This document shows, piece by piece, positions 12,401-24,800 of a stretch of 64,000 bases of DNA. Within the stretch, counting starts at the first letter, position 1; each line of letters begins with the position of its first letter. The notes beneath the pieces were generated by a model. It was not told the origin of the DNA and searched no databases. It was given only the letters and a program-made list of their open reading frames with translations. A program made the position numbers and the translations under genes. This DNA is from Orbicella franksi. Its lineage: Eukaryota. The stretch spans positions 30,628,001-30,692,000 of the forward strand of contig OZ116698.1 in assembly GCA_964199315.1 (NCBI GenBank), written 5' to 3'.

Positions 12401-15400
12401 CTAAATCTGTGAGTACTATGGCCGGCTACTGACGGGCCTCCAAAGTTTCGTACAACATATGTGCCGTTTCACTCTTCAGCTGGAGATGTATCTCGTTTCC
12501 GATCCACGTCGTTTAGTTGCTTATACGAATCTCGTAATACTACACGGGCAAAGCATCCAGGCCTTAGTTGATTATTCTTTTAATTCTTAACACCAGTCTG
12601 TTTGGTAACGTATAGATATGGTAAGAAAAAACGAGATTATTCTTGAGATCAGAAAGATTAGGTTTCTCAATTTTCCCAAGCACAACCAGGGCAATGCTCC
12701 GTTAAAATACTGTACCAAACCCCTTATGTAAATGAGTCATTAGATTCACTCACCCAACCACTCCTAGTTCGATTTTCATTGTATGGTAGGCTCCATCATT
12801 AAGTGTCTCTCCCTCGCTTACAATGGGAACGAACGTTGTCACATCTGTGGTGTGCACCAGGAAAAGGTTCCCATGGAGAAGTGCCAGGTAGAAATACGGA
12901 CCCTGCAATAACACGTTAACCCGTTAGCAAAGAAATTTAACAACGGCAGATTTCAGTCAGTGCTACAAACTGATAGAAACATTCATCCACAACGGGATTT
13001 TTTGTTATCTCGTGCGGTTTGCGAGGAGTTTTCAATTACAACACAAGAACAAGGACAAGGAAATAACCATGTTAAAATAATAATAAAAAAATGTTCAAAT
13101 GTTGATGTTTATAGTGGTCAGTGCGCTTAGCTACACCTGGCTATTTCACAGGCATGCCACTTAAACTGAAAGAAACAAACATATCAACTAAACAGGATAG
13201 GCTTAAAAATCCCAACCGGTTGGATATTTACAAGCATGACCGAGGAGTCGAACTAGAGTCTACCGAGAAACACCTCCAGCTAAAGTGGTCAGAGCGGGAC
13301 TTGAACCCGGCGCCCTAACCACTCGAACACGCTGCCTCCCTAACCATGATGTTGTAGATGAAAGAACCTTATCTAAAGTTACCTCTCCACTGTAAACAAG
13401 AACACCACTTGGGGAAAGTGTTTTGAAGGTGAATTCCAGTGAGGACATTTCTGATTGACCTGTTTCCACGGCAGCGTAACTTTCACCTAGGAATCGAATA
13501 CCATCCTCGACCTGAGCAAGAGAAATGAAACAACACGTCTAGCTTAATACAAAGAGGAAACAGCAAATTGAACTGCAATCCTGTTAATAAAGTACATAAA
13601 TAAAATTGAGACTAAGGAATTCTCCTGACGAAATCATTCCGGCAAAACTCCTTCACCCAGTAAATTTGAAGAGACGACCTAATCTTCCTTTAAAAGGACA
13701 GTCTCTCGACTGGTATATCGTGTTATCATAAGTATGGCCCGCGGAACCTTGCTATACACTCGCTTTAATAAGTTGCTATGGAAAGAGATTCTTGTAATCC
13801 TGTACTTCTTCCCCAAATTACTTGTTCTATTTTGCTCTGTAGAAATTCATCACTCGATTTATTTGTCTACTTGGAAACTTTCGATAATCTGCCGCAACAC
13901 TATCCCTTTAATTTATAACTTTCAACAATATTTCCTTGTTGTGAGCTTTTTTTGAAGCTATTATTCTTCTGCAGGTGTGTGTCCATGCCTATTTTTGTGT
14001 CCGCCCGTTCACCTTTCGTTAAGGTTATTTCAGGCAGACAGTATTCTAAATTTTATCCTGTGAGGCTCGAATTGTAATTATAACATAGAGAATTAAAGAA
14101 TGAAAGATGCGAATGCAGCCATAACACTACTGGAAAAATGATCTGAAAAAATTCGAACCCACGACCTTTGCGTTACCGGTGCAATGCTCTACCAACTGAG
14201 CTATCAAAGCTACATGAGAGCGGTCGTGTGCGGGTTCAGAGCGTCCATCCCGTTCAGAGCCTGAAATTTTTTCAGGTCATTTTTCTAGTAGTGTTATGGC
14301 TGCATTCGTATCTTTCATTCTTTCATTATTTAATTGCTACTGTTGGACATCTATTACCATGGAATTCATGTACTTGAGCCGAGTATCACGTTCACTGAAC
14401 ATACAGGGCCGAACTCACACACGACCGCTCTCACGTGGCTTTGATAGCTCAGTTGGTAGAGCATTGCACCGGTAACGCAATGGTCGTGGGTTCGAATCCC
14501 GTTCAGAGCCTGAAATTTTTTGGGGTCATTTTTCCAGTAGTGTTATGGCTGCATTCGCATCTTTCATTCTTTCATTATTTAATTGCTGCTGTTGGACATC
14601 TATTAACATAGACACATGTAATTGTTTTTACGTTGTGTAATCAGTGTAATCTCGGCTTCGTTCTCTTATACATTAGTATATTGTCTCTTACCACTGGTAG
14701 CAAACCAGAGAAGCTCACTCCATCGGATGACAGTGTAAAGTTTGCGTCGTTGAGTAGCCTCTCTACAAGGGATCCAGATGTGTTGCCACTAATGTTGATA
14801 TACCGCAGGGCCCCAGCAAATGAAGAGCTTACAGGAGCGTTGATTGGGCTGCAAGGAACGGGGAAGAATTAAAATGATCCAAGAAGCTAATATAAGAAGC
14901 ATTCTTTAGCGCAAAATGGTTGTGAAAACTAGAATGGGAAGCATGAAATATAGCAACCATTTCATAGACTCGAACTTTCCCAAATTTCTTTTTACCGTTA
15001 GTTTTTACTTCAAGTTGTTTTAAAAAACCTTTACTTATAAGAAATAAAATAGGATCAAAAATATGCTAGTAGTGCGGTGTTAGTATGAACTGTATTGTAA
15101 AATTTCGTGTTAGTAATGAGCCGTTAGTAATGTATAGTGCGCAAAGTGTTGGACTGTAACGTTCAATAATAAAAAAAAAAACATAGCATCAGAAAGTAAT
15201 CAAAAATCAAACTGAAAATAGCAATTCTAGTACATAAAGCCAGCCAACCTGTTTGGATCCTTGCCACCGAAGAGCAGCGACTGTCCTTCAGGAAGATAGG
15301 CAGGTGTGGGTGTCATTATGGTCTTTTGATCGACTGCACCGCTGTCTGACGGACCCACAGGTCTGACCGTCAGACTAGCATTCCTCAGACCGCGCACCAC

Positions 15401-18400
15401 ATGCACTCTGTACCACCGTCCGTCACTGTACGACCTGCTGTTACTGTGTACTGTGTACGTTTGATTGGCTGTTTTAAAGTAGAATGCCAATCTGCTGTCA
15501 TTCAAGTACACTCCATACACATAATTCTGAAAAAGGCAAACAGACAAAAGAATCAGTCCGTGTGACTAGTTGTGATCTTCGTGTCTCAAAAGAACGGTAC
15601 ACAGATTATAGGAAAGCCAGCAGAAATGGCAAGAGTCTGTACAAATGAAAAGCACTAGGCAGCAAACATGGCTATCCGATAACGAGCATGGAAATTGCGA
15701 GGTCAGTCTTACAGTTTGGCTCAGATTTTTCTGAAATTTTGTTTGAATTCCAGTTCAAAATTGGTTCCCTCCTGTGAGAGTTTTGTATACAAAACATCAA
15801 AGGATGAAACCTTTAGACCAGTGCTTCACTACACTATTTCACTACTGTTTCTGCTAACCCAAGTCCTTCTTAAGACGACAGTGTGCTATACATGCATTGC
15901 TATTATCGAGGAGTACCGGGTTTAAAAAGGCAAAGATTTCTGCTACTGAATGCTTATAATTTAGTGATCCAACAGCATTAGAACCGATGAGCATCGATCG
16001 TGTTCCTGGTGTGATGTTCTGCCAAGTTAGTTGTTTAGTCCCGTGTGAGGAATAAACTGAACAGAAATGGCGTTTTTCAATGAAATCATCTACAAACTGC
16101 GCATAGAAAGACTGAATAACACGATAAAACCCACACACCTGACCGTTCAACACACTTGCGATGAAAGCCGTTTTTTGGAACGTTCTGAACTCAAACTCAA
16201 ATTCAGACTCGCCACTAATGTTAAATTCTCCCATCTTCTGTTTCACGTGTCCTTCTGGAATACCAAAGAAGCTGCTTCCTGGAATTAGGTCGACCTGGAC
16301 GGGAGGCCTATTAAAAAATATATTGTTATCAATCAAATCACAAATTTGATGACATTCAGAGATCACTCGATAACCCCGCGGTTGTATTAGCCTCCATGCA
16401 CAAACTATATAAATCTTTTTTTCTTTTTTATGCTAATATTGTAATTTCAAAATGTAAGTACAAAATAAAGTGAGGTTGAAGTTGAATTCAAATTAGGATC
16501 CGCCACGGAACAAAATCAGCGGGAAGTCGTACCCAACTTGTCAACTACACCCCCTCCCCCAACGAAATGAATTTCCCTCTGACATTGCAAAACAATGAAC
16601 AGCCTGTATCAGTTACTGCAAAAATGTTTAATCCTAAAGTAATCCGCTCTGATCAGCGTGGTTCGTAAAAGCAGCAATGCAATGTTGCAACAAATTGTAT
16701 TGTACCTTCTGGAACAGAAGGATCGATTGCCTTCCACCTCGACTGGGTTCCACAGATTTAGGATCTCCTGGTTGAGCACGATGTTATCGATACAGCCGTC
16801 AAAATGCCGGTCAGTCTTGTTTATCTGGAAAGAAAAAGAGCGTCATCAAGACACGTTGATTACATGATAATGTCATTATGCATTAGCCTCCTTAGCAAGC
16901 GTTGGAAAAGTTACGTGACGAACAAAAACATAGCAGTTTCCGCGTAGAAGGCCAACACATGATGCGAACGTAGCTTGCTTATGTTTTCAAAACCCTTTCA
17001 TGAAATACTGCAACAACAACAACAACAACAACAACAGCAAGACTTTATTTCACCCCAAAGTTAGAAGAGAAGAAAAATTTACAATGTTTTACCAAAGCAA
17101 ACAGCAACCTAAGAGTTGCAAAGGACACTTGTGTCGCCATTGTCTCAGTCTCCCATTCGACAATCGCTCGCTCCAAACCGCGCGAGGTCGCAAAAAGATA
17201 ACGTCTTAAGTTGATAAGGATGGACCAAGAAACTCTAACAGAGTTCACTCACCATAACTCCATCAGGAAGACCTCCAACATGAATATGGTCATCACTGCT
17301 GAAGTCAGTGGATAGGAATGCGGGGATTATATTTGTGGTACCCTCGTAGGTGCGGCTGAAGTTCTTACTGTGATCCGTTACTGTCAAACGTCCTACCTTC
17401 TCGTAACTACACGAATGAAGAAAACGTGCAAAGTGAAAAGTGGTTACGTACATACTAACTATTGATAGTAATATAAACCAATGCCAGGTGCCTTATAAAG
17501 CTGTGAGGATGAATAATGACGGGTCAGGTAGCAGCTATCGTAAGGTCTCACATGAATGGCTCGATATCCTTTGAGAGGACAATAAAACAAACAACAGAAA
17601 CAATGCCAGCTAGCCCTAAAACAGTAACAGCTGCTGCAATGACGACAAGTAGAATTACAAGCTTACGAGAACTGCTACAGTTCTGATGATGATGGCAACT
17701 ACAGGAAAGAAACAAAATATTGTCAAATTTAAAAGCGCAAGGTCCAAGTCTTCCTGTTTGGATCAAGTCCGTTGAAAATTTTGTAAAACCTCCCACATTA
17801 GGAATATCTTTTTTTCTGTTATTTAATTACAGAAGTTTCCTTTTGCAGGCTGATTGTTTTCTTTACGGTATAAAACTAATTATTTAAGACTATAACACAT
17901 TTTCTCGGCATATAGAGGTGTTTTGGGATTTTTTGTGTAATCAAAGAACTCATTTCCCATACTGATAGGGGAGAAGCCTCATTGTTAAGTTTGGGAACAC
18001 TAAATATGGCTGCTGTGACGTCACGTAAAACGCGCACAGCAAGTAACATTCCACTGACCGTGTCGCATATGCTGTATACCAGTACCCAGGCCGCACTTTG
18101 ACTGCCCAGTTGATGATGTCAATAGGTCCTGTACCAAGGTTGTACTGGAACTTCACATATGAGCCACTCTCCAGAGTAACAGCCACGCTTCGAGCCTGTG
18201 ATTAACAACGCCACACGTAAATAAAGTGTGAACACACGGTTTGAGTGACGCTCCTGACAAGTACATGACAGGTGATTAAGACTACGACGAGCGTGACATA
18301 AGGGTTGGCTGTTCCAGCTTGAGACATGTGGTTGCACTTAACTGCTAATTCAGTGAACTTAGTTTTGGCACTCTTGTTGTTCCACTACACGACGCCAGAA

Positions 18401-18804
18401 GGCAATATAATGACAACAAAATATTACATCGACTATCCAGCATTGTCCAGTTTGGAATAATTCCAACTGATACAAATCAGCACTAACTAATTTCCAATGG
18501 TCTATACACTGTAACGCAACACCAGTAAACAGTCACGTGCACCTCCCCACCAAGCTCTCGTATCATGAGCTTAGGTTGCCTGTGCGTAAATTGTCAATAA
18601 CATCAACTTCATGATATGAATTATTTTAAAATATTATCAGCTCACCGCACTACTGGATCCATCTGACAAGTAAAATAGTGAGCCCTGTACCCGTGTAGCC
18701 CTGAAATCCATTCTGATTTCAGTGTACTTCGTCTCGTTGATCAAGCGGGGTGGAGGGCTGTATTGCAGTGTTGTGCTTCCTTGAACATTCAAAGCAAGGC
18801 GAAT
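6478..18804 (-). CDS. LAMA: Laminin alpha exons 42-59: five laminin G (LG) domains with a Pro/Thr hinge between LG3 and LG4
   Basis: Repeated LG motifs (FRT/FKT/FRS...[35 protein letters not shown]). Hinge [17 protein letters not shown] at ~10985-11035. Confidence 0.94.
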
Positions 18805-21800
18805 CTAAACGCAAATTACAATTAGTACAAAGTTCATCAAATCTGCCAACTCCCTTGAACGTTGACACGCATAACCTTTAAATCACAGAAGAGTTTTTTT
18901 GACTAAGAGAAGCATTCAATTTATTCTAACCATCAACAGCAAAATCACTACCAATCTTTGTCCCGAGAGCACTTTCCCGCGCTTATTGTCGGTTGCACAG
19001 TTTAGCTTCGAATTTTGATTGGTTCATTCCCTCACATACATTTGATTGGCTAGTTGTGATTTACAAGTCGAAAAATTACGTGATCAGAAGTTAAAGAATA
19101 TTTTTGCAGCTGGCTGTAAAGCGCTGGAAAAATTGGTAGCAGCCGAAACGCGGGTGGATTTGTCTCATACTCGATTGGCTGAACAAACCCCCTGTACTCT
19201 GATTGAATAAAGTAAACCGTACGAGTTAACATAAAAAACCACAGTTAATTCACGCACATTTGTTTTTGAAAAAGCCGTCCTTTTACGCATTCACAAGTTA
19301 GAAGACGCTTTACCTTGGCGACATATTCTCTGGCTCTCCTCAGCTTTTCCTCTAGAGCTGACATATTTTGTCTCAATTGTGCTTGTAAGTTTGCTGTTAT
19401 ATTCTTGAGTCTGTCCGCTTCCTGCACTTTACTGTCCACGCTCCCCAATGATCGACTAACATTTTGCACTGTTAAAAGAAATCACATTGTCAAGTGATTA
19501 TCACGTTAATGTCAAGTTAACTGTACTTGTCTTGGATATACCGATCGTAACAGTTGCAAGATTAGAAATGACTTCATTGTAGGGTATATGTGATAAAAAA
19601 ATAACTAACAACGGAATAAAGACAGGTTACGATGCGTGTATCAAATAAACTATATACGAAAACTGCAGTAAAACGAACGAAAGAAATAAGATCCTCGCAG
19701 CTCTATTTCAACTTAATCAATAAAAAAGGCCTACAGATAAAACCATTCAGTCTCCACTGGGAGCTAATGGGTTTCAACTCAAGAAGATTGCAAATCCAGT
19801 AAAAACGCTTTACCACTTAATTATGAAGCCACTGAGAGATAATCAATTGGGAGGTGTATTTAAACTCGTGAAGTGACAGTTGGTGGAGTAAGGCACTAAA
19901 GAACAAAAGGTATTGTGGCCTCAACCTCTGGTTGAGAAGCAAAAGTTCAATTTAACATTACAGCTTTCTGAAAAAATCCAATATTGAACGAGGACGAAGA
20001 TAAGTAAGATTCAAAACCAGTCACATCAACTCGCATACTTACCATTTTCAAATGCCTGAATGGTCAGCACTGCAGCCCTCTCGGCTGATTCATTAATGGA
20101 CTGCATTTTCTGCTCGAGTGTGTTCACTTGATCCAATAGGGCTGGTGCTCCATTGTTCACTGGATCGGAGCGGTATATTGCCTCGTCGATGTAATCGCTA
20201 GAAGACTGGGCATCAGACACGATGGAGTGGGGACTGTTTCCGACTTCTGCAGCTTGGTCCAGGGAGTCTCGGCTGGATTGTAACGAGCTGTAAAGTGAAT
20301 CAACTGACGTCCCAGTCGTAACGGCATTCATGTAGGTCTGATTTGACGAGGAAACATTGGCACGGAGTCCTAAACAAAGCGCACACATGCAAGGTTTATA
20401 TTCTACGTTGTATAGTTGCTATAACACTTTATATCCACTAAATATCGCTACTCTGTTAGATCAAACGCGAACTAAATGCGGGCCAAGCCAGCTTAATTAA
20501 AACTTTTCTCAACATATAGAGAAGAGAGAAAGGGGGAAAAAAACTTGTTTAAAAGAACAGTGACATATTGCCTTTGTAATAAGGGTCACCCAAACCAAAT
20601 ACGGTACAATTTTGCTCCTGCTTATTGCATCTTCCTCATAACAAGTCAAAGTCCGTAAGAGGTCTTTACTCTTGGATAGTCGTAACTTACGAGGTGTTGC
20701 TATTTTCAGGATTTATTATAAACGCCCACGAAATTTTACCGCCACTTTCGAAGTGTCGTTACTTTTTAAGGTATATTAATAACTAATGCAATGTATTTTG
20801 CCAAGCTTCGTTTTTTTTGTAGCCTGCTCATAGAAGCACAAGCTTGTAACAAAACCAATCACCATTGAGTGGTCCGAGTAAGCCAATAAGCAAATGCTAC
20901 CTGGTAAGTCTGCATCCCTTTTCAAAGTATTGTTGAGGAGAGTTTCGCTCTCATCTTCAGAAGTAACAACCCTTGTTCGGAGGTCAGAGCTAACTAGCGT
21001 AAGATTTTCCAGCTGAAATATAAGCAAATAACAGTCTGTAAATTGTTTTACGTGGTCAATGCTCGTTGCTGATTTACAGATAAACTGGATAGTTCATGGG
21101 CAATTTGAGAATAATCGCAACTTGTTGGAGGCTGACCAGCAACGTGACTGTAAGAGGCATGGAAGAACGATCTTACCCGGTTCATAATTTCTTGTAAAGA
21201 TTCATTGACTTGTTGCGAGGTTTCCAGTGACTGATTTCCCAGTACAACCACTTCTTCGAATGTTTTGATAGCGTCTACTGCGCGTGCTCCGTGGGACAGA
21301 GTAGTGTTGAACACACTAAACAAAAAAACACACAGAAACAAGATGTCACAAAGGGACACACCAGGAGAAGTTCAGAGAATTGACATTTTCAGGTTCAAAC
21401 CGAAGAATCCAACTTTTAAGGAAATCATTCGCACTTAACCAAGCTCACCTTTGCCTTTGTCTGGCTTCAGCAGTGAGATTAGCAGCATGTTTAGTGGCAT
21501 TTTCCATCACACTTTGATTCGCAGCAGATAACTCTGGTGCCGTAACTGTTAGGGAGTTCTCCAAAGTGCTGATATGCGTTTTTAAGTCGTTAAGAAGGTC
21601 ACTAGCGTTCTGTTGATCAAAAACATTTGATTATCTACTAATTAAGCAACGCTTACAGCCACTTTTATTCAACGTCACCAGCTAGTCTCATCCAAAATCG
21701 ATTTAGTTTTTATTCAAATCATCAAACATTACCAGCTACGTTTTAGAAAAAAACATTCACGCATGGACAAACCGGGCGAAATTTGGGAATTTTTTACCAC

Positions 21801-24800
21801 TTCAATAAATCATCATTTTCTTGGATTTGAAGGGATATCTTTGAACAGTACAAAACCGACGTCGTATGGTATGTCATCACCTGTATTTTCTTCGACTTGT
21901 GATTCTGTTTGGCCACATATACATGTGTCTTCATACATCAGTGTGTCGTATATGTACCTGGTAGTTGCTTTCACCGTTGGAAACGTGTTGTGTGCTTGTG
22001 TTTAAGATGCCGGTGGCTGTTTGAAGAAGCTGCAGAGCCTGATCAGTTAAATCTCTTGCTTCGCTTATTAGGTTCTGTGGATGAGAGCAGGAAGTAATTC
22101 AATCGACAGGCACTCACAACTTTCAATATGACACTGTTCGACTGAGAAGGAAGTGCTTAACCTTTTGCCAACAAATTACGGGCATAAAACTAAAAAAATA
22201 AGCTTTTTTCATTTGCCCAACTACAATAACAATTCGATTCTTCTGGTTGTTCCACTAAACTGGCGGTCTGCATATTTTTGGCCCCCCGCCTGGATGGGAT
22301 CTCCAAGTTACCCTTGCACGCATTTATAGATTCCACAAGATTTGCCAGTACCTAATGTATACATGGGAGGATAGGAGCACTCTGAAAGTGAAGTGTTTGG
22401 CTAAAGTAAAAGAGACAAATAAAGCACAGCATCCTAGAAGGGCGGGAGACTACCATGTGAAAAGGTCGGGGAAGCTCGTCGTCTCGCTTAGGGGAATAAA
22501 TAAAGGATTCTGGCCTCACTTAGGGTGTTCAGGATGAAACGCTACTATTTTTAGCTGCCTAAGTATTTTTTAGGATTACATCCGAAGAAATAATAGAAAT
22601 GCTGTCAAGTCCGTTTTATAGTGGTATCTTTTAAGGGTCAAAAAAAGCTCGAGCCATTCCCAGATTGGTCCCCTTTAGGGCTTTAATTGAAATTTTCCCA
22701 CAAGCATCCCTGAACTTTTCATATGGAACTAGCCCCTCCCCCCCCCCCCCCACCCCACCTCCCCGCTGCCCCGGACACAGCATACCTTTGTTTGATTTAT
22801 CAGAACAAGAGCTTGATTGGTCAAGTTTGTGACAGTGTTAATCCGCAGCTTCATCCCGTCGAAGGCTTCATTTGAACGCATCAGGCTTCCTTCTGCTCCC
22901 AGTGCAGTCCTGTTGAGGTCTACTGAGGTGTTCTTGTGAGATGTAACATTGTACTGTGCCGACATGGCCAAGGAAGAAGCCGCCTGTACATTCTGTACCT
23001 CCTCGTTAACTGCCTGCATTTCGCTGTCATACGTCCTGCTCAGGATTCCATTAATACCAGCTAACACGCTGTCGGCGTCACTCCGTAGTGTCGTCAGTTG
23101 ACTCAATATGTCAGCAACTGTAACATTTAATGCTGAAAATATATAATTGATAAATAATGTTGACGCATTCCTATGCCCTGCGGTTCATTTCTCTGGGATG
23201 ACCCAGACTACAATCAATGATCGAAGATAAAACCAACTGATAAAACCCTGACAAGAGTGGAATCATTGGTTCCCACGATATTTTGGCCACAAGCAAAATT
23301 ACCTTTACATTGAAGGGCACCTGAAAATAGTAGTTTACTAAGGTAGAAAAACTCCAAAGAGATAATAATAAACCATAAAGGAACTAAGATGATCGAAGAT
23401 GGGAAAGATCAATATGGATTGCAAACGACAAACTTGAAACATTTAGACTAAACTTTTCAAGATGCGCAAACTGTGATGTAGCTCCTTTAACACATCAAGA
23501 TTCGAGTGATCTTGGATCATAACTCCTGATCGAGATCATTTCTAAGAAATACACCCCGAGATAAACCTAAACCATCGCAAACAAGAGCCTTAAACCATAG
23601 TTAACAAACAACTTGAAGCTCTTCGACGTAAATAAACGATCTTGTCAGTGAATACAATACGTCTATCAAATTCAAGGCCTTCTCCCGTTGGTCATTGCTC
23701 CATCATTGCATTTTAATCATTTTTCAGTTTCGCAGTTCCTTTTACCAACCATCGAGAATCCAAAACTTGTTTTGCAATAACGTGGGAATGTGTTTTCATT
23801 TTAGAAATACTGTGATCATCACGCAAAGCAAATTGCTGTATCAAGTGTCTAAATATATATCGTTCAAAAGGTTGTTTAGTCAATGTAAGGTAAAAATAAG
23901 TTGAGCTGGAATCATGCACTACTGACCTGTTACATTATCCTTTGAAGACTGAGTGTTTCTATTTAGATCTTCAATGCGGCTCAGCTCACGAGAAACAAGC
24001 GCTGTCAAATTCTCACCCTGTTGTGATGTGTCCGACAACTAAAGACAAAGAAAAATATTAATCCACATAGCAAATCAAATATTCGTCACTCACACGACCA
24101 CAGACATTGCTGTAAGCGGCTTTCTACTTGCAGATGGAATTTCACCAGAAATTTAACAAGTTTCACACCTTTTTCTTCTCAAGCTGTATAACAGGATCAA
24201 GGAGTCTTATTCTTGAGCATTCACCATGAGATTCATGAACAAGACGCAGAACAAGGGTTTCAGATTTCACTTAAGGTGGCTGTGACCCCCACCCAGATAA
24301 TTTTGCTAAACGTTGCGCTAAACTGCATTGTTTTGTTAAACAAGTCCTCTACACTGTTACCAGTTGCCTCTAATAGCAACTCTGACGAATACAAATGTCT
24401 GTGACTACCATTGAAAAAATGGAGGGGGGGGGTGCAAATTAGACTGCTTGCAGTCGGTCTCTTCTTTTAGGGTTGGATGAGTGGTTGTCCCCTTGAACGT
24501 GAACGCAAAAAGGTGTTATGAATGAGAAATCCCTTCTCGTTTAAAGTGTCTCGCCCCATACTTTGAGAGAAAGGCAGACTGTAAGCAGTCTATAGCGAGC
24601 AGTGTTCCAGATAAGCAAGGGGTCTCAGGTCAAAAACCCGACAAGGTCAGCAACTTGACCCGACAAATTAATAGAAAATTTCTGATGATTTGGTGGGAGC
24701 ATTGGAGATTGACCCTTTGGAATTCCTCATTGACACCACACCTTGAAAACTTATCTGGAACCCTGAGCGAGCCCAATATCTTGGACGTTTAAGTCGATTG

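Noticed and set aside
14438-14510. Functional tRNA-Thr(GGT) gene
   Set aside because: C at position 33, an A-C mismatch in the anticodon stem, two G-T pairs in the T stem, an anticodon atypical for eukaryotes, and a setting inside a repeated, rearranged element. Treated as SINE-derived.
22118-22141. 24-nt in-frame laminin micro-exon (SNSVILKV) with good splice sites
   Set aside because: It would leave only a 43-nt intron before the clear exon at 21958-22074. Left out of the model, but not excluded as an alternative exon.
24296-24382. Helical-looking in-frame stretch ([17 protein letters not shown]...) in laminin intron 33
   Set aside because: No convincing phase-0 acceptor and only a weak donor; the flanking exons join without it.
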